64,000 nt of DNA from an uncultured Candidatus Saccharibacteria bacterium. Its GTDB lineage: Bacteria; Patescibacteriota; Saccharimonadia; Saccharimonadales; Saccharimonadaceae. Positions 6,916-16,638 of the stretch are shown piece by piece. The translations under genes and the position numbers were made by a program. A model generated the notes under the pieces. The model made no database searches, was not told where the DNA came from, and saw only the letters and a list, made by a program, of their open reading frames with translations. The stretch spans positions 3,321 through 67,320 of the forward strand of contig CAZAJJ010000006.1 of assembly GCA_964485445.1 (NCBI GenBank). Reading direction: 5' to 3'. The number at the start of each line of letters is the position of its first letter. Position 1 is the stretch's first letter.

Positions 6916-8559
6916 CTAAAAATCAGAAGGTTGGAGGCTTTCGTACCAGAGCATAAGTTCTTCGGCGAGAAAGGCGCATTCTTCGGTGGTTTTGTTGCCC
7001 CAAGGGCGGTCGGCGGCGAGGTCTTTTTGAATACCTTGGAGTTCGGCGAGGAATTTGGGAGCCTGGCGGGCGAGGCGAGCGGTGCGATATTGTTCCCAGG
7101 TTTCGACTTCGTCGGCACTAAGACTAGTGGGGAAATTTTTGGCTTTGTAGTGCAGAAGTAATTCGGGAAGGCGAGGGTCGGCGAATTTTGGATGAAAGTT
7201 AGCCAAATCTTCGGCGGTGTTGCTGCGAACGGCGGAGCAAAGCAACTCGTCTTTTTCGGAAAGGAATTCGCCATCATAAACCGCGGACTCAGCATCGACG
7301 GGCTTAGCGAAATTCGTGCCGCGATTCTGGAAAGATTCAGCCATACGGGCGGCAAATTCGGGATGGGCGCGCAAGGCGGCGAGGTTTTTCTCGATGGTGG
7401 CTTGGTCGAGGGAAATCTTTTTCCAGCCATCGGCCTTCTCGAGGACGCCAAGCGGGGCGATGGCGGAGCAATGATTATATTGCAGGACTTTGACAATAGG
7501 AAAGAAATCGGTTGAGGCAGGTTTTTGAGAATCGGCTGAGTTTTTTTCTGGCTCGGCAGACTTTTTCGAGGACCTTGAAGGCTCGACTGAGGGTTCCTGA
7601 GACTGGACAGAAGCGCCTGAGTTCGAGGCGACCTTGGCGGATTCTGAGGACTGTTTTGAGGATTCTGACGGCTGACTGGAAGCGGCTTTTGAACCTGGAG
7701 CGGGCTTTGGATTTTGATAGCGGGCGCGACCGAACTTTTCGGCGTAAGTGCCATCTTGCTCAGCGGCGAGCAATTCATCGAGATTATAGCGTAAATCAAA
7801 AACGATAAGATTACCATTCGGACCTTCAGCGAGCGGATAGGCGACCGTGGTTTTTTCAAACTCCGAAGGATAGCGGCCGGAAGCATAGACGAAGGGCTGA
7901 GGATGGGCGAGGTTAGCGAGTTTGCGGACGGCGGGCTTTTTACGGAGTTCGAAGAGGAAATTAAAAAGTTGAGGCTGTTTCGTTTTAATCAACTTTGTAA
8001 CTTCAATCAAAGCGACGACATCAGCGAGAGCGTCGTGAGCATGCTCGTGAGAGATATGATTAAGTTTAGTCAGAAGCTCAAGGCGGTTCGTCGGCTTGCC
8101 GTCGGGAGTAAAAGGCCACTCGATACCTTCGGGACGTAAAGCGCGAGTCAGACGCACGACGTCGAGCAAATCCCAGCGACTACGGCGATCTTTCCACTGC
8201 CAAGCATAAACGTCATAAAAATTGCGCCACATAGTCGCGCGGATAAATTCATCATCGAAACGGAGAGAGTTGTAGCCCATAATAATCGTCCGCGGAGTGG
8301 CGACTTCTTCGATGAAAAACTTGGCAAAATCGCGTTCGGAGAGACCGTCCTGGCGAGTGGATTGAGGGGTGATGCCGGTCACCATAATGGCAGAAGGGCT
8401 GGGAAGGGTGTCATCGGAAAGTTCAATAAGGAGATTAACCGGCTCGCCGAGAGGACGGAAATTGAGGTCAGTGCGCTGGCCGGCGAACTGCATAATACGA
8501 TCGGCGCGAGGGTTGAGACCGGAAGTTTCGAGATCATAAAAATAAAAACTTTCCTGCAT
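6916..8559 (-). CDS. sbcB: Exodeoxyribonuclease I (SbcB-like DEDDh 3'-5' exonuclease) with low-complexity insert
   Basis: FYFYDLETSGLNPRADRIMQFAGQRTD, RFDDEF, HDALADV and the C-terminal region are collinear with E. coli ExoI. A ~70-aa S/P/E/K-rich insert is encoded at about 7510-7720. Confidence 0.85.
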   Translation of the reverse strand: MQESFYFYDLETSGLNPRADRIMQFAGQRTDLNFRPLGEPVNLLIELSDDTLPSPSAIMVTGITPQSTRQDGLSERDFAKFFIEEVATPRTIIMGYNSLRFDDEFIRATMWRNFYDVYAWQWKDRRSRWDLLDVVRLTRALRPEGIEWPFTPDGKPTNRLELLTKLNHISHEHAHDALADVVALIEVTKLIKTKQPQLFNFLFELRKKPAVRKLANLAHPQPFVYASGRYPSEFEKTTVAYPLAEGPNGNLIVFDLRYNLDELLAAEQDGTYAEKFGRARYQNPKPAPGSKAASSQPSESSKQSSESAKVASNSGASVQSQEPSVEPSRSSKKSAEPEKNSADSQKPASTDFFPIVKVLQYNHCSAIAPLGVLEKADGWKKISLDQATIEKNLAALRAHPEFAARMAESFQNRGTNFAKPVDAESAVYDGEFLSEKDELLCSAVRSNTAEDLANFHPKFADPRLPELLLHYKAKNFPTSLSADEVETWEQYRTARLARQAPKFLAELQGIQKDLAADRPWGNKTTEECAFLAEELMLWYESLQPSDF

Positions 8560-8565
8560 AACTTC

Positions 8566-8574
8566 ATTGTAGCA
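8566..8574 (-). promoter_or_regulatory. Extended -10 (TGCTACAAT) 6 nt from sbcB ATG
   Basis: attgtagca at 8566-8574. ATG at 8559-8557. Confidence 0.55.
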
Positions 8575-8773
8575 GAAAGCGGGAGTTTGGGAAGGGTTAC
8601 GGGGATTATGGGATTTGGCGCTTTGGGCTTTTGATTTTTGGCTGGAGATTCTAGGGTTTCAGAGTTCCAGGCTTTCGGGTTTAGATTGGAGGTTCCGGGG
8701 TTTTGGAAATTATAAGGCAAGAGAAAAGGTTCCGCCGGGAAGGTGGAACCTTGAAAGAAATGTGCGAACCTAC

Positions 8774-9667
8774 TTAGAGTGCCGCCGAGCGGTAACTGGC
8801 GACAATTTGCCCGCCAAGGCGGCTCAGACGAAAGTATCCGCTGCGGCTGAAGGCCAGCTGGACGGCAGTCGGATGGTCGGCGAAATACTGCATGATCGCT
8901 CGGCAGAACTCGTCGATATCAATATCGCCATCCAAATCGGCGCCAGCGGATAATACGGCTTGACGCACGATCAATTCGAGCTGTTTGTCAGACGGCACGA
9001 ACTTGATCGAGCCTTTGGACTTCCGGGCGGGAGACTCCAACTGAGCCTGGGCGGTAGCAAAATCTACCACAACGGCGCTGGCGGGAGTCTCAGCGAATGG
9101 GTCCGGCTGGGCCTGGATAGCTTGGACGCCGTTAGTCAAGACGCTCATGATGCCGTCCGTAGCCGTAATAAACGGACGCTCAGACAGTTTCGCCTCGGCG
9201 GCTGCGGTCTCCTGGCGACGAGCCTCGGCGAGACGCTGAGTTTCGTCTTCAACTCGAGCTGCGGCGGCGGCGCTGGCTTCCTGATACAGTTCAGTGAAGC
9301 TTTCGCCCTGAATTGGTTCGACAGCAGAGCGAGCCACGTCAATCAAATCCTGACGGGTCAGCGTTCTAGAAAAACGAACCGAGCGCTGCAGTCGGGCGCG
9401 ACGAGCAGTCTCAATCGCGAAGGCGATTGCGTAGCCGAGAAGGCCGATACCAACACCGGAAAGCAGGCTGAGCATTAGACGGGCACCGCCATTGCTCCGA
9501 ATGCCTCCAGCGTAAGTCATTACGACCTCCGCGGTGCATATAATTCCGAGTAACGTGTATATTACTCGGGAGTCAAACCTCGAGCCGACAAGCCCGGATT
9601 TCTTAACGACCGGGCGGAAAAACGCTACTATGCCTACCAGAAGCAGGCTAAGAATGTTAAACAGCAT
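8774..9667 (-). CDS. Hypothetical membrane protein
   Basis: 297-aa ORF with N-terminal TM helices. AGGAGGG SD upstream. No recognisable domain. Confidence 0.6.
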   Translation of the reverse strand: MLFNILSLLLVGIVAFFRPVVKKSGLVGSRFDSRVIYTLLGIICTAEVVMTYAGGIRSNGGARLMLSLLSGVGIGLLGYAIAFAIETARRARLQRSVRFSRTLTRQDLIDVARSAVEPIQGESFTELYQEASAAAAARVEDETQRLAEARRQETAAAEAKLSERPFITATDGIMSVLTNGVQAIQAQPDPFAETPASAVVVDFATAQAQLESPARKSKGSIKFVPSDKQLELIVRQAVLSAGADLDGDIDIDEFCRAIMQYFADHPTAVQLAFSRSGYFRLSRLGGQIVASYRSAAL

Positions 9668-9762
9668 AAAATCCCTCCTTTTTATGCTTGCGACCCCTTG
9701 TGAGGGGTATTATAGGTTACTTTTAACTGCTGGAGGACTTCGAATCGGGCCTCCTTAATATC

Positions 9763-9791
9763 ATTGTAGCACAGATTGATGAAAATGTCAA
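9763..9791 (-). promoter_or_regulatory. Consensus promoter (TTGACA-N17-TGCTACAAT) for the 8774-9667 gene
   Basis: -35 at 9786-9791, -10 at 9763-9768. The ~90-nt leader contains two hairpins. Confidence 0.7.
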
Positions 9792-9910
9792 TACCAAATC
9801 GAAGATTTTTGGTATTGCTACGGCTTACGTCAGATAGTATGTTTGACAGTAGTGATAAGGCTGCTTGAGATATTTTTGGAGGTTTGAGTATTTTTAGGTG
9901 TTTTTGAGTT

Positions 9911-11032
9911 TTAATGACTGGAAATGACAAGTTGATCGATGATCTCTAGAGCTGCAGCAACGCCATCGCCGGCGGCGGTGATGACTTGTTGGGGAGAGCC
10001 GAGACGAACGTCGCCAGCAGCATAGAGACCAGGAAGGAGAGTAGAATGGGGAGAAATCGTGGAGGAGTCTTGGGCAACAGATTGCGTTATTGCAGACTGA
10101 GTGGATTCTGGAGTAGGATCTTGGGTTGCAGATAGGGCGGTTTGGGGAGTGGAATCTTGAGCGGCATTTTTCCGTAAAACCGTTTGGGTAGCACTGAAGG
10201 CAATAGCCGCCCGAGCGGTGGGTCCAGTTAAAACATAGCCCCGACGATCGAGCAAAGTCAGCCCCTGCGACTGGAGTTCGGAAGCCAAAGGCTGAAGAAA
10301 TTGCGTGATGGGATCACGACCAATAAAGACAAAAACACGTTCAAACTTGTTAAGCAATTCTGGAGTCGGCTCGAGATATTCGCGAACGGAGAGATTAGAG
10401 GTAGCAGAAATTTGGCGCCTAAGAGCATCGACAGCTTTGAGGTGGGAATGAGTAATCAAGGTGACGGAGTGAGCAAAGCGGGCGAGATAGAGCGCTTCCT
10501 GGGCGGCGGAATTGCCGCCGCCCACCACCGCGATATCTCGCCCGCGGCAGAACTCGGCGTCACAGAGCGCACAATAGGAAACTGGGGGCGTAATCGCGAA
10601 ACTGAGAGGGCGCGGTTCGGAACCAGTGCAGACGAGGACGGAACGGGACAGGATAATTTCGTCGTCGATGGTGACTTCGAAGATGGGCACAGGGACGCTG
10701 GAGTCTAATAGCGCGGGATTTGAGGTTCTCGGAAGGCTAGGAGCGCTAGCAGTGCTGGGGCCTGATGATTCCCTGCTACTGACGAGACGAATAGCACAAC
10801 ATTCGCCATAGCGAATCTCGGCGCCGGCGGAGGTGGCTTGGGTTTGCATAATGCGAATGAGTTCAGAAGCGGGACCAGTGAATCCGGGGTAATTAGAGAT
10901 TTCGAAAATCTTACCGAGGTCACCGCCGATGCTAAGTTTTTCGAAAGCCGCAGTTTTAAGCCCAGCACGAGCCAGATACAAAGCAGCGGAAAGCGCAGCG
11001 GGGCCGGCGCCGATGATGGCGACGTCAAGCAC
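9911..11032 (-). CDS. trxB: Thioredoxin-disulfide reductase with two low-complexity inserts
   Basis: IIGAGPAALSAALY FAD motif, redox-active CALC, VVGGGNSAAQEA NADPH motif, LYAAGDV. 373 aa, with S/T/Q/P-rich inserts. Confidence 0.85.
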   Translation of the reverse strand: MLDVAIIGAGPAALSAALYLARAGLKTAAFEKLSIGGDLGKIFEISNYPGFTGPASELIRIMQTQATSAGAEIRYGECCAIRLVSSRESSGPSTASAPSLPRTSNPALLDSSVPVPIFEVTIDDEIILSRSVLVCTGSEPRPLSFAITPPVSYCALCDAEFCRGRDIAVVGGGNSAAQEALYLARFAHSVTLITHSHLKAVDALRRQISATSNLSVREYLEPTPELLNKFERVFVFIGRDPITQFLQPLASELQSQGLTLLDRRGYVLTGPTARAAIAFSATQTVLRKNAAQDSTPQTALSATQDPTPESTQSAITQSVAQDSSTISPHSTLLPGLYAAGDVRLGSPQQVITAAGDGVAAALEIIDQLVISSH

Positions 11033-11733
11033 TAATTAGCGCCTCCGTAGTAAGCAGAATAGAGTTTGAGATAGATTTCATTGAGTTCGGCGGTAAGCTC
11101 GGCGAGTTTTTCGTCGGTAGCAATAGGCATGACAATGAATTTGAGCGGAGAATTAGTTCCACCGCAGATCTCGCGAGATTCGCCGTAAGCCAGAGAGCCG
11201 GCGATGGAAAGTTCGCGGACGCCGCCGAGTTTCATACCGACGACGCCTTGATTCCAGCCTTCGATGAGACCGGCGGAAGCATCAACTGGCGGCTTAAGGC
11301 TGGTCGGATTATCATTGTCATTGAAAGAGGAATCGAAAATCGTACCATCAGCACACCAGCCGATATAATAAGCAGAATAATTAGTATCGCCAGAGGCTAA
11401 TTCCTTGCCGGCGCCGGTTTTAAGATCCTTGGTTTTGAGGCCGTCAGCATTGGCGCTAGCGGCGTTGAAGGATTTAACGTTAGATTTATACTTAGAAAAG
11501 TCACTAAAATACTTATCAGAAAGTGGTTTAGCGGCTTCTTCGAGTTCGGCGGTTTTAGCATCATATTCAGCAGTAAGTTCAGCAATTTGTTGATCATTAT
11601 TAGTAGTACTGCTATTATTGCCATTCATAACAATCAGCATATAGGCGATCATACTAGAGCCGAGTAGTAGTATGGCGACGACGATAATCAGAATGCGAGT
11701 CCAGATGCTAGTTTTTGACGATTCAGTAGGCAT
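11032..11733 (-). CDS. FKBP-type peptidyl-prolyl cis-trans isomerase, membrane anchored
   Basis: N-terminal TM helix. GTIFDSSF...GLIEGWNQGVVGMKLGGVRELSIAGSLAYGE FKBP core. AAGGAGGAA SD. Confidence 0.8.
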   Translation of the reverse strand: MPTESSKTSIWTRILIIVVAILLLGSSMIAYMLIVMNGNNSSTTNNDQQIAELTAEYDAKTAELEEAAKPLSDKYFSDFSKYKSNVKSFNAASANADGLKTKDLKTGAGKELASGDTNYSAYYIGWCADGTIFDSSFNDNDNPTSLKPPVDASAGLIEGWNQGVVGMKLGGVRELSIAGSLAYGESREICGGTNSPLKFIVMPIATDEKLAELTAELNEIYLKLYSAYYGGAN

Positions 11734-11741
11734 ATTCCTCC

Positions 11742-14192
11742 TTAAATAATCTGCGCGCCAACATGGGCGACAGATGAATTAACTTTTTCTATTATAGCAG
11801 AGATTTCGGCGGTAGTTAAGGTTTTCATGGGATTAGAGAAGCGGACGCGGAAGGAAAGATTCTTGGTCGGGGCGTCGGGAGTGGATTGATAAACCGAAAG
11901 CGGGGTAATCGTGAAACTAAGCGACTCGGAAGAGAAAACCTGTTCAAGGGTAGTGTCGAGACGACCAAAGCTGGCGTCGGCAGCGACCTGGAAAGTGAAA
12001 TCGCGTTCGACGTAAGGAAACTTAGAAATCTGAACATCAATTTGGAAGGAACGCGGAGCGTCCAGCAAAGGCTCGATATTAATCTCGGCGCCAGAAATAG
12101 GAGAATCAAGTTTGAAGCGAGTGAGCACGGACTTCTGGAATTCACCAAAAACGCCGATAACGCGGTCGCCGAGAAGCAGCTCAGCGGAGCGCCCCGGTTC
12201 AAGATAAGGATGATGCTCGGCGGAAGTCGCGGAGAGAGCTTGGTAACTCACGGGAATTTTCAAGTCGCGGAAGAGAGCGAGAACTAGAGCCTTGAGATAA
12301 TAAAAATCATGCAAATCAACAAGGCCAAGGTGATTTTTCAAAATCGGAGTTTGTTCAGAACTGAGCCCGGCGTCGCGACGAGAGACTTGATTAATTTCAT
12401 AAAGAGTAAAATCGAAAAAACCGGCTTTGAGGTTTTCGCGAACCTTATCAAGGAGGCTAGGAACGATCTCGGGGCGGAAATATTCGAGTTCGGGAGAAAT
12501 GGAATTGACAATAGCGTAACAATTATCTGGAGATTTATTAACCTTCTCAATTAAACTACGACTAACAAAGGAATAAGTAATCAACTCATGCAAACCGAGA
12601 CGGAAGGAAAGAATTTCGCGCAGTTCGGATTTGAGTTGGAAAATCGGGTCGATTTCGGACTCGACAAAAGACTTAGTCGGAAGAGAAAGCGGAATGTTAT
12701 CAAAACCACGGAGACGACCGACTTCTTCGATCAGATCCTCGGGGATATGAATGTCGGTGCGCCACTCGGGAACGAGGACGGAAAGTTTATCTCCTGCCGC
12801 AGTTTTAACCTTAAAGCCAACATTCTCAAGAGTTTTAGTAATCTCAGCCGCAGAATACTTAGTGCCGAGAAGTTGATTCAATTTATCTGTTGTAATTTTG
12901 ACAACGTTTTCTGCGGATTGGTCAAGCCATTCATCGACGACAGTGAGCGGCTGAACACCGAGATCCTCTGCAGCGGCCCCTAAAACTGCGCCGGTCGGAG
13001 CAGCGGGAAGACCCTTGGTAAAGCGCGTGATGGCTTCGGAAAAAATACCATGAGCCATTTGAGTTTTACGGAGGTGATAAAGCGAAAAAGTGGCGCTCTC
13101 GAGGACGATGCGGCGAGTACTGGCATCGACTTCAGTATTCTTACCGCCCATAGCGCCGGCCAGAGCAATTGGAATATTATTCGAAGTAATAAGAATATCG
13201 TCGGAAATGCATTGAATCATTTTATCGTCGAGAAGTTGAAGTTCTTCCCCATCTCGAGCTGCGCGGACAATAATTTGAGGCTTCTCACTACCGCCGACGG
13301 CGACGAGTTTGTCATAATCGAAAGCGTGGAGCGGCTGGCCAGTTTCGAGCATGAGCAGATTCGTCAGATCAACGATCGGATCGATGGCACGCATGCCAGA
13401 TTTAGCAAGAAAGACGGCGTCGGGAGTGAGATATTTACTAGGCTGATTGTCGGGCAAATCGAAAACCATGCAAGAGTAGCGCGGGCAAAGCGCGGAATCG
13501 GTAATTTTAACAGAAAGCGGACAGATGTCGGAAGTTTGATTAGGAAGCAGTGCAAAATGAGTAAAAATCTCAGGCTCAGAAAAATCGAGATCGAAAATAC
13601 CGGCGACTTCGCGAGCAAAACCGATCAAGCCAAAACAATCAGGGCGATGAGTCAAGGATTTATTCTCGACGTCAATAATAATATCGTTCAAATCGAATTT
13701 GTCTGCGAAACTATCACCAGGGCGCGCGAACTTTGGATCGATTTCGGCGATGCTTTTATGTTCGTGGTCAAAACCAAGTTCGTCGGCGCCAGCCAACATA
13801 CCATTAGACTCGTAGCCACGCAATTTGCGGACGCCAAGTTTGAAATTTTCGTTGCCGTAAGTTTCAGGAACGATGCTGCCAGGAGCGATCCAGACGGCAA
13901 GCATGCCGGCATGGACATTAGGAGCGCCGCAAACAACTTGAATCAAACCATCGTCACCAGCGAGATCACGACGCTCCGCTCCGGCGTCGATGCGACAGAG
14001 ATGGAGATGAGTATCAGGAATCGGCTCACAGGTCGCAACTTTAACAATGTAAATTCCCTGGTAGCGCGGGGCGAGATCAATAACTTCTTCAATTTCGACA
14101 AGGCGCGAACCGATGCGATCGATTAGTTCTTGGTCAGATATTGAGGAAGGTAATTTAGCGTAATTTTTAACTTTATTGAGAGATATTTTCAT
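11742..14192 (-). CDS. pheT: Phenylalanine--tRNA ligase beta subunit
   Basis: 816 aa with tRNA-binding, B3/4, B5 and FDX-ACB-like regions. Adjacent to pheS. Confidence 0.9.
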   Translation of the reverse strand: MKISLNKVKNYAKLPSSISDQELIDRIGSRLVEIEEVIDLAPRYQGIYIVKVATCEPIPDTHLHLCRIDAGAERRDLAGDDGLIQVVCGAPNVHAGMLAVWIAPGSIVPETYGNENFKLGVRKLRGYESNGMLAGADELGFDHEHKSIAEIDPKFARPGDSFADKFDLNDIIIDVENKSLTHRPDCFGLIGFAREVAGIFDLDFSEPEIFTHFALLPNQTSDICPLSVKITDSALCPRYSCMVFDLPDNQPSKYLTPDAVFLAKSGMRAIDPIVDLTNLLMLETGQPLHAFDYDKLVAVGGSEKPQIIVRAARDGEELQLLDDKMIQCISDDILITSNNIPIALAGAMGGKNTEVDASTRRIVLESATFSLYHLRKTQMAHGIFSEAITRFTKGLPAAPTGAVLGAAAEDLGVQPLTVVDEWLDQSAENVVKITTDKLNQLLGTKYSAAEITKTLENVGFKVKTAAGDKLSVLVPEWRTDIHIPEDLIEEVGRLRGFDNIPLSLPTKSFVESEIDPIFQLKSELREILSFRLGLHELITYSFVSRSLIEKVNKSPDNCYAIVNSISPELEYFRPEIVPSLLDKVRENLKAGFFDFTLYEINQVSRRDAGLSSEQTPILKNHLGLVDLHDFYYLKALVLALFRDLKIPVSYQALSATSAEHHPYLEPGRSAELLLGDRVIGVFGEFQKSVLTRFKLDSPISGAEINIEPLLDAPRSFQIDVQISKFPYVERDFTFQVAADASFGRLDTTLEQVFSSESLSFTITPLSVYQSTPDAPTKNLSFRVRFSNPMKTLTTAEISAIIEKVNSSVAHVGAQII

Positions 14193-14209
14193 AGAATCGA
14201 GGTTTCCTA

Positions 14210-14238
14210 TTGACTTTTTTGATTATCTGTGCTATAAT
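14210..14238 (+). promoter_or_regulatory. Orphan consensus promoter (TTGACT-N17-TGCTATAAT) antisense to the pheS-pheT operon
   Basis: -35 at 14210-14215, spacer 17 nt, TGC at 14230-14232, -10 at 14233-14238. No plus-strand gene downstream. Confidence 0.55.
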
Positions 14239-14307
14239 GAAAAGTTAGAGCATATTTCTTTCGAAAATTGGATTTGGGCTGACCTATAGAGATTTTCCCG
14301 TACTGGT

Positions 14308-15252
14308 TCATAGAAATTTCTCCAAAAAACTGAGTTTGCCGGATTCGAAGTAGCGGACGTCACTGAGACCGTATTTCAAAAGCGCCAAGCGGTCAATACC
14401 GCCACCCCAGGCAAAACCGCGATAAACTTCGGGGTCGATGTTGGCCATTTTAAGGACGTTGGGATGAATCATGCCGCAGCCGCCCATTTCGAGCCAACCT
14501 TTGCCACCCAGAGAAGCAGGTTTTTCAATGAGAAATTCAGCAGAAGGCTCAGTGAAGGGAAAATAACCAGGTTGAGTTTTCAAGTTGAGTTTTTCGCCAT
14601 AGTAGGCCTCGAAGAAATGTTTGAGAATGCCAAAAAGTTGGCCCATATTAGCATCGCGGGAGACAAAAACGCCTTCACACTGATAGAAAGTGTGCTCGTG
14701 AGTAGCGTCGGCATCTTCGTTGCGGAAAACACGGCCAGGAACGACGACGGCGATTTGACCGGATTCTTCAAGACGATGAGCGTATTTTTTGAGAGCGCGA
14801 TGTTGCATGGTTGAGGTATGGGCAGGAGGAATGAAGCCTTCGGCGGTGCGAAAAGTATCATAGCCATCGCGCGCGGGATGTTCTTTTGGAAAGTTCAAAC
14901 TATCGAACATATGGAACTCATCATCGAGTTGGACCGATTCGATGACGTCAAAGCCCATATTGGCATAAATATGAACGACACGCTCAAGTTCGTCCATGAG
15001 AGGATGCTTAGTTCCCTGCGGGAGGCGAGGAAGAGGTTCGTTCGGGGCGGCGGGAGCGGAAATGTCGAGTGACTCAACGACGGCGTCGGCAGCAAATTGT
15101 TGAGCAGCCTCAAGAGCCGCGAGGATTTTTTGTTTCTTAGCGTTCATGCTGCGACCAAATTCTCCGCGCTCAGTGGCAGGCAAAGTTTTGATCTTGGCGT
15201 ATTCTGAGTTAAGGGCTTTTAGCTCAGCTTTCAACTTCTCTATTTCTGACAT
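14308..15252 (-). CDS. pheS: Phenylalanine--tRNA ligase alpha subunit
   Basis: Class II aaRS core (HPARD, FRNE...DATHEHTFYQCEG, GFAWGGGIDRLA), 314 aa. Confidence 0.95.
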   Translation of the reverse strand: MSEIEKLKAELKALNSEYAKIKTLPATERGEFGRSMNAKKQKILAALEAAQQFAADAVVESLDISAPAAPNEPLPRLPQGTKHPLMDELERVVHIYANMGFDVIESVQLDDEFHMFDSLNFPKEHPARDGYDTFRTAEGFIPPAHTSTMQHRALKKYAHRLEESGQIAVVVPGRVFRNEDADATHEHTFYQCEGVFVSRDANMGQLFGILKHFFEAYYGEKLNLKTQPGYFPFTEPSAEFLIEKPASLGGKGWLEMGGCGMIHPNVLKMANIDPEVYRGFAWGGGIDRLALLKYGLSDVRYFESGKLSFLEKFL

Positions 15253-15258
15253 ATATAC

Positions 15259-15267
15259 ATTATAGCA
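15259..15267 (-). promoter_or_regulatory. Extended -10 (TGCTATAAT) 6 nt from pheS ATG
   Basis: attatagca at 15259-15267. ATG at 15252-15250. Confidence 0.55.
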
Positions 15268-15330
15268 TATTATGTATTATCTAGAGGCGAAGTCTCGAGA
15301 AGAAGTAGGAATAGAAATAGCAATAGTAAA

Positions 15331-15552
15331 TTAGATAACAATGATACAAATCAAGGAGATGATAGCAAGAACAATTAAGACAATCCAAACCCAACCAAAG
15401 CGATGTGTTTTTTTCGTGGCCCGATTGCCATCACGTTCGTCATACTCGTCGTCATAATCCTGTAGGCTGACCGCGCGATTACGTAGATCGCTGGAAATGC
15501 GGCGGTTAATTTCTGAACCGTGTTCAGTGTCTTTAGATACCATAATGCCCAT
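15331..15552 (-). CDS. Small tail-anchored membrane protein (hypothetical)
   Basis: ATG 15552 is preceded by GAAGGAA. C-terminal TM WVWIVLIVLAIISLICIIVI. The ORF-track start 15606 lies upstream of the likely -10. Confidence 0.5.
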   Translation of the reverse strand: MGIMVSKDTEHGSEINRRISSDLRNRAVSLQDYDDEYDERDGNRATKKTHRFGWVWIVLIVLAIISLICIIVI

Positions 15553-15654
15553 AACAATTCCTTCTGTCGCTTTTATGCTTAATATTTTACTTTTCAATTG
15601 TAACACAAGTGTGATATAATGGAATGAATATTAGTGTAAGGAGGTTATTTAAAA

Positions 15655-16566
15655 ATGGCAAGTCCCAAGCCAAGTAAAGACCAGAAGGCGAAAAAGCCTG
15701 CTGAGAAACCTGAAAAGAAAGCAGTTGTTGAAACCACTTCTGCCGTAGTGGCCAACGATGAACCTTCGTTGAAGGGCTTTTTTGCGCGCAAATGCGACAA
15801 AGATGAAAACGTGATGACGATTTTCAAGACTCCAAAGATTTGGGGAGCTTTGATCGGTGAGGCGATCGGCACGATGTTAATCACGATGTTAATGCTGACG
15901 TTGGGCGTGCAGCCGCTTTATTTTGTTTTAGCAACTGTCGGTGTTTATGTTGCAGTGGTGGCACTCTCGGGCGCACATCTTAATCCATTAATTACAGCAG
16001 GGATGATGGCGACGCGACGAGTTTCGGCGATTCGAGGCGTTTTATATATGCTGGCGCAAGTGCTCGGTGCGTGGGTTGGCTTGATTATCGTAAATTCGTT
16101 CCGAATTGGTAGCGGTTCATCGTATGAATTGCCGATGATGGTAGAAATTGCCGGTGAAAGCTTCTGGATGGTGGCGCTAGTCGAGTTGATGGGTGCGATG
16201 ATCTTAGCATTTTGTTTTGCTCGTGCAATCCGCTATGCCCGCAGAAGCCCTTTGGCTTTTGGCATGACGATTGCTAGTGCAGTGACTTTGATTACGATTT
16301 TTGGAATTGTGATCACTCAAAGTTACTTCGGCTTCACTGGAACTGCGTTCATGTATAATCCGGCGATTGCTTTGATGTATCAAATTCTGCCAACTGCAGT
16401 AGATGGACTCGGTGAGTTTGCCAGCCTAGCTGGAATGGCCTTGGCAGGTTATGTAATCTTCCCAGTGATCGGCGGGATTCTCGGATTCTTCATTTCTGAA
16501 CTTGCAACTCGCTTGGCTGGTAAGGGTTACGGCTATACTGATTATGACTGCGAGCAAGAAGGTTAG
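15655..16566 (+). CDS. MIP-family channel (aquaporin/glycerol-facilitator-like)
   Basis: Six TM segments with HLNPLIT and YNPAIAL half-helix boxes. AAGGAGG SD. TGTGATATAAT -10 at 15612-15620. Confidence 0.8.
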   Translation: MASPKPSKDQKAKKPAEKPEKKAVVETTSAVVANDEPSLKGFFARKCDKDENVMTIFKTPKIWGALIGEAIGTMLITMLMLTLGVQPLYFVLATVGVYVAVVALSGAHLNPLITAGMMATRRVSAIRGVLYMLAQVLGAWVGLIIVNSFRIGSGSSYELPMMVEIAGESFWMVALVELMGAMILAFCFARAIRYARRSPLAFGMTIASAVTLITIFGIVITQSYFGFTGTAFMYNPAIALMYQILPTAVDGLGEFASLAGMALAGYVIFPVIGGILGFFISELATRLAGKGYGYTDYDCEQEG

Positions 16567-16584
16567 ACTCAGTTAGCATTCACG

Positions 16585-16621
16585 AAATAGCGCTTTTGGT
16601 TTCCAAAGGTGCTATTTTTGT
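16585..16621 (+). terminator. Rho-independent terminator after the MIP gene (overlaps next promoter)
   Basis: 15-bp stem aaatagcgcttttgg/ccaaaggtgctattt (two G-U pairs) plus T-run. Confidence 0.65.
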
Positions 16622-16629
16622 GCTATAAT
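16601..16629 (+). promoter_or_regulatory. Promoter (TTCCAA-N17-TGCTATAAT) for the LtaS-like gene
   Basis: -35 at 16601-16606, -10 at 16624-16629. ATG 16639 is 9 nt downstream. Confidence 0.55.
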
Positions 16630-16638
16630 AAGAATTGT

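Noticed and set aside
6849-7886. A 345-aa minus-strand ORF overlapping sbcB in another frame, and likewise 31692-32552 inside the FISUMP gene.
   Set aside because: The translations are Pro/Ser-rich nonsense. The overlapping frame encodes a full-length ExoI or FISUMP protein.
13050-14126. Long plus-strand ORFs antisense to real genes. Examples: 13050-14126 in pheT, 25182-26078 in pcrA, 22382-23278 in the G5 gene, 35698-36540 in the desulfurase gene, 41048-41794 in typA, and 3839-4624 and 4970-5704 in uvrA.
   Set aside because: Each lies wholly inside a minus-strand gene with clear family motifs. None has a promoter or SD, and the translations are low-complexity. These are shadow ORFs caused by codon bias.
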